Part shown: positions 1 through 8,461 of the stretch, in pieces | Layout of the letters: each line of letters starts with the position of its first letter | Position numbering within the stretch: position 1 is the first letter of the stretch | Source of the DNA: Gaiellaceae bacterium | GTDB taxonomy: Bacteria > Actinomycetota > Thermoleophilia > Gaiellales > Gaiellaceae | Length of the DNA stretch: 37,889 nucleotides | Direction: 5' to 3' | NCBI GenBank assembly: GCA_050697575.1 | Contig: JBOGZW010000001.1 | Span: 1-37,889 of the forward strand | Notes under the pieces: generated by a model | Databases searched by the model: none | What the model saw: the letters and a program-made list of their open reading frames with translations, nothing else | What the model was told of the DNA's origin: nothing | Position numbers and translations under genes: made by a program

Positions 1-886
1 GGGCAGAGAACACAAAACCCGGGCGTCCTTTCTTCATGTGGGCCGGCGCCGTCCACACGTCGAGCGCGCCGGCGCCGAAGCATCGTTCGACAGCGTCCGG
101 AACGAGCTCGGGGCTGAAGTCGTCCAAGTTGGTCTCGATCAGGACGACCTCGGGTGCCGGGGCGGCGAGTTCCTCCCCGATGAGCACACGCACGACGTTG
201 GGGCGGTGCGGTACGTCGCGCGTCCCCGCACCGTAGCCCGCTCGCTCGAGCCTCAGCGGAGGCAGCTCAGCGAAGCGGTCGGCGAGCGTGGCTGCCAGAG
301 CGGCACCCGTGGGCGTCACCAGCTCGAGATCGCCCTCCACCCCGTAGAGAGGTGCACCCTCGAGCAGCGCGACGGTCGCGGGCGCTGGAAGCGGGAGCAG
401 GCCGTGCTCCGCGGCAACGATCCCGCGTGCAACAGGAAGCGGCGAGCACACGACCCGTTCGACGCCGAGATCCTCGAGCAGCGCGACCGCGCCGCAGACG
501 TCGAGCAGCGTGTCGGCGGCGCCGAGCTCGTGGAAGTGCACATCGTCGGGATCGATGCCGTGCACCCGAGCCTCCGCGTGGGCCAGGCGCTCGAACACTG
601 CGAGCGACGAGTCACGGACGGACGTCGTCAGGTCGGCTGCGGCCAGCAGCTCGCGGATCAGCTGCCAGTCGCGCTGACCCGCGTCTTCCGGCACTCCAAA
701 TTCGACATGCAGCGCCGCAACGCCCTGGCGCTCGACGCGCGCGACCTCAACTGACACGGAGCCGAGACCGAGGCGGCTCGGGAGCGCTAGCAGTTCTTCG
801 AGCTCGCCTCCCGCATCGAGCAGCGCGGCGACCAGCATGTCTCCGGCGAGACCCCCGACGCAGTCGAGATACGCCGTGCGCGTCAT
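1..886 (-). CDS. larC: Nickel-pincer cofactor biosynthesis protein LarC (nickel insertion, DUF111 family); partial, 3' end runs off the window
   Basis: Absent from the ORF track because no stop lies inside the window. My minus-strand translation from ATG (complement of 884-886) reads MTRTAYLDCVGGLAGDMLVAALLDAGG...HFHELGAADTLLDV...LVTPTGAAL...ETNLDDFSPE...VWTAPAHMKKGRPGFVFSA, open to position 1. The CxGGxxGDM N-terminus and MKKGRPG motif are typical of LarC. ATGA overlap with the larB stop. Confidence 0.85.
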   Translation of the reverse strand, partial: MTRTAYLDCVGGLAGDMLVAALLDAGGELEELLALPSRLGLGSVSVEVARVERQGVAALHVEFGVPEDAGQRDWQLIRELLAAADLTTSVRDSSLAVFERLAHAEARVHGIDPDDVHFHELGAADTLLDVCGAVALLEDLGVERVVCSPLPVARGIVAAEHGLLPLPAPATVALLEGAPLYGVEGDLELVTPTGAALAATLADRFAELPPLRLERAGYGAGTRDVPHRPNVVRVLIGEELAAPAPEVVLIETNLDDFSPELVPDAVERCFGAGALDVWTAPAHMKKGRPGFVFSA

Positions 887-1650
887 GGCCGGCGCGCTTC
901 ACTGCCGCGGGCGATACGAGCGGCGATTGTGCCCGCGCCGAACCCGTCGTCGATGCCCACTACAGCGAGGCCCGCCGCGCACGAGCAGAGCATGGCATTC
1001 AGCGCCGCACGCCCCCCTTCGGCGGTGCCGTAGCCGACGCTCGTCGGAACGCCGATCACGGGCGCCGGCGCCAAGCCGCCGACGACGCTCGCGAGCGCTC
1101 CGTCCATCCCGGCCACGACGACCACGCAGTCCGCGCGCTCGATGTCGGGCAGCACCGGGGCGAGCCGATGTAACCCGGCCACCCCGACGTCCTCGTGTAC
1201 CACGACCTCGGTCCCGAGCAGCTGAGCGCGAATGCGCGCTTCGTGCACGACGGGCCCGTCTGACGTTCCCGCCGAGACCATCGTCACGAGCCCGCGGCTA
1301 TCTGGCAACGACCGCTCGACCCAGACCGACCGCGCGCGCTCGTCGTCCCGAGCATCGGGCACTGCCGTCGTCACCGCCTTGCGCACTTCCTCGGTCGCCC
1401 GTGTCACGAGCACGCTGCTCGCTCCCGCCTCGAGGAGCGCTGCGACGATCCCCACCACCTGATCGGGCGTTTTCCCCTCGGCGAGCACTGCCTCCGGCGC
1501 CCCTTGGCGCAGCTCGCGATGCGCATCCACGCGGGCATAGACGAGGTCACGCGCTGGGAGCGAGGCGAAGCGCTCGAGCGCCTCGGCGGTGCTCACCTCG
1601 CCTCGCCGAACGCCCTCGAGCAGCCCTTCGAGCTGATCGCGAAGGCTCAC
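883..1650 (-). CDS. larB: Nickel-pincer cofactor biosynthesis protein LarB (PurE/AIR-carboxylase-like NaAD carboxylase/hydrolase)
   Basis: 255-aa ORF with GTG start. N-terminal helical part ...ARVDAHRELRQGAPEAVLAEGKTPDQV, then PurE-like core VSAGTSDGPVVHEA...VVVVAGMDGALASVVGGL...PVIGVPTSVGYG. Stop overlaps the larC start. Confidence 0.85.
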   Translation of the reverse strand: MSLRDQLEGLLEGVRRGEVSTAEALERFASLPARDLVYARVDAHRELRQGAPEAVLAEGKTPDQVVGIVAALLEAGASSVLVTRATEEVRKAVTTAVPDARDDERARSVWVERSLPDSRGLVTMVSAGTSDGPVVHEARIRAQLLGTEVVVHEDVGVAGLHRLAPVLPDIERADCVVVVAGMDGALASVVGGLAPAPVIGVPTSVGYGTAEGGRAALNAMLCSCAAGLAVVGIDDGFGAGTIAARIARGSEARRP

Positions 1651-1661
1651 GGGCGCCAGTG

Positions 1662-1667
1662 TAAGTT
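1662..1667 (+). promoter_or_regulatory. Possible -10 hexamer (TAAGTT, TANNNT type) 7 nt upstream of ATG 1675; suggests a leaderless transcript
   Basis: Only 24 nt separate the divergent larB and Mo-hydroxylase starts. There is no convincing Shine-Dalgarno, but a TANNNT hexamer sits at leaderless spacing. Motif-only call. Confidence 0.25.
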
Positions 1668-1674
1668 AGGTCCG

Positions 1675-3978
1675 ATGGCGGTCACGGCGGGTCGTGAGAC
1701 CTGGCTCGGCAAGGCGCTTCCGCGTCTCGAGGACGAGGCCCTGCTTCGCGGGCTCGGCCGCTTCATGGATGACATCCAGCCCGTACCGCATGCCGGCCAT
1801 GCCGCGATCCTTCGCTCCCCGCTGGCGCATGCTCGCATCGTCCGCCTGGACCCTGCGAAGGCGCTGGACCTGCCCGGCGTGCTCGGGGTCCTGACGGGCG
1901 CAGACGTCGTCAAGCTGTCCCGTCCCTTCCCGGTCGGCGTCGAGGGCGCCCGCCACTACTACGCCGCTGCACACGATGTCACACGGTACGTCGGCGAGCC
2001 GCTGGCCGTCGTCGTGGCACGCGACCGTTACACGGCCGAGGACGCACTGGAGCTGATCGAGCTCGACTACGAGCCGCTCGACCCGGTCATGGATCCCGAG
2101 CAAGGAGAGGTCGTGTCGGACCGCGCCTTCACGTACGGCGACGTCGACGCGGCATTCGCGCAAGCGGACGTGGTCGTCGAGGGGACGTACGAGTTCCCGC
2201 GCTGGACGGCCTGCCCACTCGAGGCGTACGGCGTCGTCGCCGACTGGAACGCCGCCGACGGGACCCTTACTGCCTGGTCGAACTTCCAAGGCCCCTTCAC
2301 CCTCCACTCCGTCGCCGCCTCGGCACTCGGGCTCTCCGGGTCGAGGCTGCGGCTGATCAGCCCTCCCCACTCCGGCGGCAGCTTCGGGATCAAGGCCACG
2401 GTGTACGTGTACGTCGTACTGCTCGGGCTCGCGTCGAAAAAGCTCGGTACCCCCGTCCGCTGGACGGAGGACCGGCTCGAGCATCTCACCGCCAGCTCGG
2501 CCTCGACCGCTCGCCGTACGACCGTACAGGCCGCGCTCTCGTCCGATGGCGAGCTGCTCGCGCTCCGCTACGACGTCCTCGAGGACGTCGGGGCGTACAT
2601 CAGGGCGCCCGAGCCCGCGACGCTCTACAGGATGCACGGCTCGCTCGGCGGCGCCTATCGCGTGCAGAACATCGGCACGCGCAACCGCGTCGTCCTCACG
2701 AACCGGTGTCCCACCGGCCTCAACCGCGGCTTCGGTGGCCCGCAGCTCTACCTCGCCCTGGAGCGGACAATGGACGTCGCAGCCCGTCGCCTGGGGCTCG
2801 ACCCTGCCGAGCTTCGCCGGCGCAACCTCATCGAGCCGGACGACTTCCCGTACCGCACACCGTCGGGAGCGCTCTACGACTCGGGTGACTACGAGTCCTG
2901 TCTCGACGCCGCGCTGGAGCTTGCGGGCTACGACGAGCGACGTGAGGAACAGCGTGCGGCGCGTGCGGACGGACGGCTGGTCGGCCTGGGTCTTGCGTGC
3001 GTCGTCGAGCCGTCCATTTCCAACATGGGCTACATCACCCTGGCGCAGACTGCCGAGGCGCGCGCGGAAACCCTGCCCAAGTCGGGCAACGTCGAAGGGG
3101 CAACTGTCTCGGTCTCGCCACTGGGAGGCGTGACGGTTCGCGTCGCGACGACGCCGCAGGGACAGGGTCACGAGACTGTGTGCGCGCAGATCGTCGCCGA
3201 TGCACTGGGCATCAGTCCCGAGGACGTTCAGGTGGTGACGGACATGGACACCTCCACGAGCGCCTGGTCGGTGTCTTCCGGGAACTACTCGTCGCGCTTC
3301 TCCGGCGTGGCCGCCGGAGCCGTCCACCTCGCAGCGGAGAAGGTGGCGGCCAAGGCCGCCGCGATACGGGAGCACCTCGGAGACGAGTCGCTCTCGCTGC
3401 GGCGCGTGTCGGGCGTCGCGCACTGGCACCCTGCCGGCCTGCCCCCCGGCATGGAACCCGGCCTCCACGAGACGGCGTTCTGCGCCATACCGAACCTCGA
3501 CCCGCCGGACGAACAGGACCGGGTCATGTCCTCCGGCGCCCACGGCTTCATCGCCGACGTGGCCGTCGTCGAGGTCGACCGGCAGACGGGCGAGGTACGG
3601 GTGCTGGACTACGTGACGGTCCACGACGCCGGCCGGCTGCTCAACCCGCTGCTCGCGGAAGGTCAGATCCGAGGCGGCTTCGCGCACGGTGCCGGCGCGG
3701 CACTCTTCGAGCGCATCGTCTACGACGAGGACGGCGGGCTGCTCACGGGGACCTTCATGGACTACCTCTGTCCGACCGCCCCCGACCTGCCGGCACCCAG
3801 GATTTCTCACCGAGAGACGCCCTCGCCGTTCACGCCACTCGGTGCGAAGGGTCTTGGCGAAGGGGACACGATGAGCGTTCCGGCAGCCATCGCCAATGCC
3901 GTGGCCGATGCGATCGCCAGCGACGAAGTCGACCTCCCGCTCACGCCGGGCCGCACGTGGGAGCTGCTCGCGCCGTGA
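1675..3978 (+). CDS. Molybdopterin-binding large subunit of an xanthine-dehydrogenase-family hydroxylase (HmfA-like; candidate acyl-CoA hydroxylating dehydrogenase)
   Basis: Frame of ORF 1504..3978. I prefer ATG 1675 (MAVTAGRETWLGKALPRLEDEALLRG...) because the upstream 57 codons overlap larB. Family motifs: PRLED, HSGGSFGIK, TNRCPTGLNRGFGGPQ, PQGQGHETV, GAKGLGEG. 767 aa. Confidence 0.88.
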   Translation: MAVTAGRETWLGKALPRLEDEALLRGLGRFMDDIQPVPHAGHAAILRSPLAHARIVRLDPAKALDLPGVLGVLTGADVVKLSRPFPVGVEGARHYYAAAHDVTRYVGEPLAVVVARDRYTAEDALELIELDYEPLDPVMDPEQGEVVSDRAFTYGDVDAAFAQADVVVEGTYEFPRWTACPLEAYGVVADWNAADGTLTAWSNFQGPFTLHSVAASALGLSGSRLRLISPPHSGGSFGIKATVYVYVVLLGLASKKLGTPVRWTEDRLEHLTASSASTARRTTVQAALSSDGELLALRYDVLEDVGAYIRAPEPATLYRMHGSLGGAYRVQNIGTRNRVVLTNRCPTGLNRGFGGPQLYLALERTMDVAARRLGLDPAELRRRNLIEPDDFPYRTPSGALYDSGDYESCLDAALELAGYDERREEQRAARADGRLVGLGLACVVEPSISNMGYITLAQTAEARAETLPKSGNVEGATVSVSPLGGVTVRVATTPQGQGHETVCAQIVADALGISPEDVQVVTDMDTSTSAWSVSSGNYSSRFSGVAAGAVHLAAEKVAAKAAAIREHLGDESLSLRRVSGVAHWHPAGLPPGMEPGLHETAFCAIPNLDPPDEQDRVMSSGAHGFIADVAVVEVDRQTGEVRVLDYVTVHDAGRLLNPLLAEGQIRGGFAHGAGAALFERIVYDEDGGLLTGTFMDYLCPTAPDLPAPRISHRETPSPFTPLGAKGLGEGDTMSVPAAIANAVADAIASDEVDLPLTPGRTWELLAP

Positions 3979-4769
3979 AGCCGGCGCCCCTTCGCTACGA
4001 ACGCGCGGAAAGCGTCGAGCACGCAGTCACGCTGCTCGCCCAACACGGGGAAGAGGCGAAGGTGCTCGCAGGAGGGCAGAGCCTCGTGCCGGCGCTGAAC
4101 ATGCGGCTGATTCGTCCGGTCGTGCTGGTAGACATCGAGCGTGTTGTCCAACTTGACAACGTGGAGAGCGAAGACGACCTGCTCCGTGTGGGAGCCCTGG
4201 TGCGCCAGGCTGATCCGGAGCTGCGGCGCCATCCGCTGCTCGCGGACGCGATTCCCCACGTGGGTCACTTCGTCACGCGTAACCGCGGCACCGTGTGCGG
4301 ATCCGTGGCGCATGCCGACCCGGCCGGCGAGCTGCCGCTCTGCCTCACAGTGCTGGGCGGCTCGGTCCGGGCCGCGTCCGTGCGCGGCGAGCGCGAGATC
4401 ACCGCCTCCGACTTCTTCGTCGGCCACTTCAGGACCACTCTTCAGCCGGACGAGCTCGTCGTCGAGACGGGCTGGCCGCAGCCGAGGGACGGCTGGGGCT
4501 ACGGGTTCAGCGAGTTCGCGCAGCGCCGCGGCGACTACGGCCTATGTATGGCCGCAGCTGCAGCCGGCGAGGGGCAGCTCGTAGTGGGGCTGGGGTCGGT
4601 GCTCGACCGCCCGACCGTCGTCGACGTCGACCCCGAGCGACCCGGCGACTCGGCCGCCGCGCAGGTCGAACCGTGGGGCAACCTCCACGCGTCGCCCCGT
4701 TACTTGAAGCAGCTCGTGCGGGTGCTCGTCGACCGCGCTGTCGCCGCCGCGAGGGAACGGGCAGCGTGA
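3975..4769 (+). CDS. FAD-binding medium subunit of the Mo hydroxylase (CoxM/HmfB-like)
   Basis: GTG 3975 overlaps the preceding stop (GTGA). VKPAPLRYERAESVEHAVTLLAQHGEEAKVLAGGQSLVPALNMR... is the typical FAD_binding_5 N-terminus. 264 aa. The long 5' part of ORF 2997..4769 is out-of-frame overlap with the large subunit. Confidence 0.88.
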   Translation: MKPAPLRYERAESVEHAVTLLAQHGEEAKVLAGGQSLVPALNMRLIRPVVLVDIERVVQLDNVESEDDLLRVGALVRQADPELRRHPLLADAIPHVGHFVTRNRGTVCGSVAHADPAGELPLCLTVLGGSVRAASVRGEREITASDFFVGHFRTTLQPDELVVETGWPQPRDGWGYGFSEFAQRRGDYGLCMAAAAAGEGQLVVGLGSVLDRPTVVDVDPERPGDSAAAQVEPWGNLHASPRYLKQLVRVLVDRAVAAARERAA

Positions 4770-5227
4770 TCGCCGTCTCGGTGACGGTCAACGGTGTGAC
4801 CTACCGCGAGGCGGTGCAGGACCGTTTGCTGTTGTCCGACTTCCTGCGCCATACCCTGGGGCTCACAGGAACCCACGTAGGTTGCGAGCACGGCGTGTGC
4901 GGCGCGTGCACGGTGCTCCTCGACGGTGTCTCCGTCCGCTCCTGCCTGGCGCTTGCGGCACAGGTGGACGGTCGTGAGCTGCGAACCGTGGAAGGGCTTT
5001 CCGACGGCAGTGAGCTCAACCCCCTCCAGCAGTCCTTCAAAGCCTGCCACGCCCTGCAGTGCGGCTTCTGCACGCCCGGCATCCTGATGGCGGCCACCGA
5101 CCTACTTTCCCGCGACGAGTCTCCAGAGCGCGCCGAGATCGAGGACATGCTCTCCGGGCACCTCTGTCGCTGTACCGGCTACACGCCGATCGTCGACGCG
5201 ATCGAGAAGGTGGCCGCCTCAGCATGA
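4766..5227 (+). CDS. [2Fe-2S] small subunit of the Mo hydroxylase (CoxS/HmfC-like)
   Basis: GTG 4766 (GTGA overlap). Both cluster motifs are present: CEHGVCGACTV and CGFCTPG...CRCTGY. 153 aa. Confidence 0.92.
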   Translation: MIAVSVTVNGVTYREAVQDRLLLSDFLRHTLGLTGTHVGCEHGVCGACTVLLDGVSVRSCLALAAQVDGRELRTVEGLSDGSELNPLQQSFKACHALQCGFCTPGILMAATDLLSRDESPERAEIEDMLSGHLCRCTGYTPIVDAIEKVAASA

Positions 5228-6588
5228 ACCTCGCGCAAAGCCTGCTCGACGCTTCGGAACGGCATCCCGACGCAGAGGCACTGCCCGGCATGACGTACGC
5301 CGAGCTGCGGGTCACCGCTGCGCGCATCTCGGGCGGTCTTGCGCTCGAGCCGGGCGAACGGCTGGCCGTCGTGCTCGACAACCGCGTCGAGACCGCGCTC
5401 CTCTACTGGGCCACACAATGGGGCGGAGGCGTGTTCGTGCCCCTGTCCTGGCGCTCGTCCGACGCCGAGTTGCAGTACTGCATCGACGACTGCGGCGCCC
5501 GAACCGTCCTTCGAGACGGGGACCCCATTCCCGAGGGCGCCGAGCACCCCGGCGCCCTGGACCGCGACGACTCCGAGCCGAGCCTCATGCTCTACACGTC
5601 GGGGACGACCGGCATGCCGAAAGGCGTTCCGCGCTCACACCGCGCAGACCGAGCGGCCGCCCTGTCCCAGGCGCTCCAGCACGGCTACCGCTTCGGCGAC
5701 CGAACGCTCGGAGTCATGCCCCTCTACCACACGATGGGCATCCACTCCCTGCTCGCGATGCACGTACTCGGCGGGTGCTTCGTCTCGCACGCGCGATGGG
5801 ACGCCGGCGAAGCGTTGTCGCTGATCGAGAGCGAGCGGATCACGAGCCTGTACCTCGCTCCGACCCTGTTCTACGACCTCGTCCACCACCCGCGAGCCCA
5901 GGAGGCGGACCTCTCGTCTGTCGAGACGCTCGCGTACGCCGGCGCCGCGATGCCGAGCGCGCTCGTCGAGCGCTGCGCCGAGGTCTTCCGGCCGCGGTTG
6001 TTCGTCAACCACTACGGCTCGACGGAGATCTACACGTTCTCGGTGCATCGCGACCAGCAAGCCAAGCCCGGCTGCGCCGGCCGGCCGTCGCTGAATGCTC
6101 GCCTCATGCTGGACGCCCAGGGCGAGATCCTCTGCCACATGAGCTCGGAAGAGGCGTTCGCGGGGTACTGGGAGAGACCGGATGCCGACGAGCGGGCGAT
6201 CGTCGACGGCTGGTACCGCACCGGCGACGTCGGTCACCGTGATCAGGACGGCGACCTCTGGATCGACGGGCGGGTCGACGACATGATCATCTCCGGAGGA
6301 GAGAACATCCATCCGCTCGAGGTGGAGGACGTCCTCGTCCGCCACGAGGACGTGCGAGAGGTGGCCGTGATCGGCGTCGCCGACGAGCGTCTCGGCCAGC
6401 GAGCGGTCGCTGTGGTCGTGGCCGCCGGCGACGTCACGCCGGCCGAGCTCGATGCGTGGTGCCTGGCGTCAGAGAGGCTGGCCCGCTTCAAGCGGCCGCG
6501 CGAGTACCGCTTCGTCGACGAGCTGCCGAAGAGCGCCTCGGGCAAGATCCTGCGCCGGATGCTCCGGGAGCCGAAGGGAGTCGCGTGA
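5224..6588 (+). CDS. AMP-dependent acyl/aryl-CoA ligase (HmfD-like / 4-chlorobenzoate-CoA-ligase-like)
   Basis: ATG 5224 (ATGA overlap). Adenylate-forming motifs LYTSGTTGMPKGV, YGSTE, YRTGDVG, ISGGENIHP, KSASGKILRR. 454 aa. Confidence 0.9.
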   Translation: MNLAQSLLDASERHPDAEALPGMTYAELRVTAARISGGLALEPGERLAVVLDNRVETALLYWATQWGGGVFVPLSWRSSDAELQYCIDDCGARTVLRDGDPIPEGAEHPGALDRDDSEPSLMLYTSGTTGMPKGVPRSHRADRAAALSQALQHGYRFGDRTLGVMPLYHTMGIHSLLAMHVLGGCFVSHARWDAGEALSLIESERITSLYLAPTLFYDLVHHPRAQEADLSSVETLAYAGAAMPSALVERCAEVFRPRLFVNHYGSTEIYTFSVHRDQQAKPGCAGRPSLNARLMLDAQGEILCHMSSEEAFAGYWERPDADERAIVDGWYRTGDVGHRDQDGDLWIDGRVDDMIISGGENIHPLEVEDVLVRHEDVREVAVIGVADERLGQRAVAVVVAAGDVTPAELDAWCLASERLARFKRPREYRFVDELPKSASGKILRRMLREPKGVA

Positions 6589-7355
6589 CCGCGTACGAGG
6601 GCTTCCGCGTCGAGCGGGGGAGCCCCGTCGCAACGATCACCCTCGACGTTCCCGGCAAGATGAATCGTGTTGCGTACGCCGCGCGCGCGCAGCTCGCCGA
6701 GGTGTTCGAGGAGCTGGGCGCGGACGAGTCGGTGCGTGTCGTGGTGCTCGGGGGCGCAGGCGGCAACTTCACTGCGGGGGGAGACATCGCCGGCTTCCTG
6801 GCGGTGTCGCCCGAAGACCTCTCGAAGCTCGCGTGGCACGTCGCCGCGCCGGAGCGCTGCCCGAAGCCCGTCGTGGCGCGGATCGAGGGCTACTGCCTCG
6901 GCGTCGGCCTCGAGCTGGCCCTCGCCTGTGATTTCCGGGTCGCGACAGACAGCGCCCAGCTCGGGCTGCCGGAGATCGGGCTGGGCATGATCCCCGGCTC
7001 CGGGGGGACGCAGCGGCTTGCGCGGCTCGCCGGGCTGGGCCGCGCCAAGGACGTGGTCATGCGCCGAAAGCGTATCTCGGCCGCCGACGCGCTCGTGTGG
7101 GGCCTCGTGTCGGAGGTCGTGCCCGAGGCGGAGCTCGACCGGACGGTCGCAGCCATCGCGACGGAGCTCCAGGCGCTGTCGCCGCTCGCCCTGGCCGTCG
7201 CCAAGCGCGTGCTGAACGAGGCATACGAGCTGCGGCTAAGCGACGGGCTTCAGCTGGAGGGCCAGGAGTACGGCTACCTCCGCACAACGCATGACTTCCG
7301 CGAGGGCGTCGAAGCCTTCGTCGAGAAGCGGGCCCCGAGGTTCGAAGGGCGCTAG
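6585..7355 (+). CDS. Enoyl-CoA hydratase/isomerase (crotonase) family protein (HmfE-like candidate acyl-CoA hydrolase/hydratase)
   Basis: GTG 6585 (GTGA overlap). Crotonase motifs FTAGGDI, GYCLGVGLELALACD, PEIGLGMIPGSGGTQRL. 256 aa. Confidence 0.9.
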   Translation: MTAYEGFRVERGSPVATITLDVPGKMNRVAYAARAQLAEVFEELGADESVRVVVLGGAGGNFTAGGDIAGFLAVSPEDLSKLAWHVAAPERCPKPVVARIEGYCLGVGLELALACDFRVATDSAQLGLPEIGLGMIPGSGGTQRLARLAGLGRAKDVVMRRKRISAADALVWGLVSEVVPEAELDRTVAAIATELQALSPLALAVAKRVLNEAYELRLSDGLQLEGQEYGYLRTTHDFREGVEAFVEKRAPRFEGR

Positions 7356-8461
7356 CCGGCTTCCCAGGCGAGACCTGCCGCCAGCACGGTCTCGTCCCGA
7401 GGCGCGATCAGCTGGAGATTGCCGATTGCGAGGCCCGCCCAGCCGATCATGTTCACCCAGCGGAGGTACGCGGAGATCGGAAATCGCACCTCGGGCTCGG
7501 GGACATCCTCCTGCGGCAAGTCGATCGTCATGCAGGGGCCGACGTAGAGATCGACGTCCGGCTCGAAGCGACGCCACTCGTGAACCGCCGCATACGCCGC
7601 CTCTACCTGGTCCGGCTTCACGTCTTGCGCACGCTCGAGCTTGTCACGGATCGTGTAGCCGTACTCGTCCGCCCGCGAGGGATAGGTCTCACGATGGGAC
7701 GTCGCGGCCTCGTGGTCGAACAACGGCCAGGTGTTGGCGCCGGGCTCCGGAATCTCACACTCCACGACACGCGCGCCGAGCCGCTCGAGGTCGGCGACCC
7801 ACTGCTCGGCGAGGTCGCTCGGATCCGGCACGTGCGGACCGCCGACGGCCGGCACACGCCGCAGCAGGCCCACTGTGAGCCCTGCCAACCGCGGCTCGGG
7901 CACTGGTCGCTCGGCAAGCACCGACCACATGACCGCGGTGTCGACAACTGTCCGCGCCATCGGTCCCGCGGTGTCGAGCGTCGGGCAGAGCGGATAGGTC
8001 CCGTCCAGTGGAATGAGCCCCCACTGCGACTTCAGCCCAACGGTTCCGCAGCACGCCGACGGCAGCCGGATCGAGCAGCCCGTGTCGGAGCCGAGGGCGA
8101 GGTCGCAAAGCCCTGCCGCGATGGCCGCTGCGCTACCACTCGAAGAGCCGCCGGTCGTCTTTCCCGGATGCGCCGGGTTGTGACAGGTGCCGTACCACTC
8201 GTTCTGTCCGAGCACGCTCCATGCGAACTCGGGTAGGTGCGTCTTCCCGACGACGACGCCGCCCGCATCGACGAGCCGTTGCACCGCGAGCGCGTCGCGG
8301 TCCGGCACGTGATCGGCGTAAATCTTCGAGCCGTACGTCGTGCGAATGCCGGCCGTGTCGAACAGATCCTTGACGGCCAGCGTGCGCCCCGACAGCGGGC
8401 CCGGCCGCGCTGTCCCGGGGTCGACGCGTGTGATGAACGCGTTCCAGCGGTCGTCGCTCAT
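7352..8461 (-). CDS. Amidase-signature (AS) family amidase, short form
   Basis: Within ORF 7352..9040. ATG at 8461 (MSDDRWNAF...) overlaps the RidA stop (ATGA). Motifs: Lys in LAVKDLFD, GGSSSGSAAAIAAG, GSDTGCSIRLPS. 369 aa. The 193 Arg-rich codons upstream are rejected. Confidence 0.85.
   Translation of the reverse strand: MSDDRWNAFITRVDPGTARPGPLSGRTLAVKDLFDTAGIRTTYGSKIYADHVPDRDALAVQRLVDAGGVVVGKTHLPEFAWSVLGQNEWYGTCHNPAHPGKTTGGSSSGSAAAIAAGLCDLALGSDTGCSIRLPSACCGTVGLKSQWGLIPLDGTYPLCPTLDTAGPMARTVVDTAVMWSVLAERPVPEPRLAGLTVGLLRRVPAVGGPHVPDPSDLAEQWVADLERLGARVVECEIPEPGANTWPLFDHEAATSHRETYPSRADEYGYTIRDKLERAQDVKPDQVEAAYAAVHEWRRFEPDVDLYVGPCMTIDLPQEDVPEPEVRFPISAYLRWVNMIGWAGLAIGNLQLIAPRDETVLAAGLAWEAG

Noticed and set aside
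1666-3810. 714-aa minus-strand ORF antisense to the hydroxylase large-subunit gene. Similar long antisense or out-of-frame ORFs: 352..1173, 837..1664, 2997..3974, 5418..6242, 17126..18214, 22218..23525, 25233..26483, 27103..27847, 29920..31200, 32811..33764.
   Set aside because: These are Arg/Pro/Gly/Ala-dominated, low-complexity translations with no recognisable motifs. Each overlaps a frame that carries clear family signatures. Such shadow ORFs are expected at this GC content because stop codons are rare.
3975-4769. 4-hydroxybenzoyl-CoA reductase (HcrABC/HbaBCD) as the identity of the first cassette.
   Set aside because: As I recall, the FAD subunit of that enzyme carries a Cys-rich insertion for an extra [4Fe-4S] cluster. 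This 264-aa subunit has no such Cys cluster. Gene order matches hmfABCDE better. Not excluded without phylogeny.
1675-5227. Annotating either Mo enzyme (also 27227..31008) as aerobic carbon-monoxide dehydrogenase CoxLMS.
   Set aside because: The active-site loop that reads VAYRCSFR in form I CODH (its Cys binds Cu) reads GLNRGFGG in the first enzyme and TAMRGFGV in the second. The coxD/E-like genes are general maturation factors for this family.
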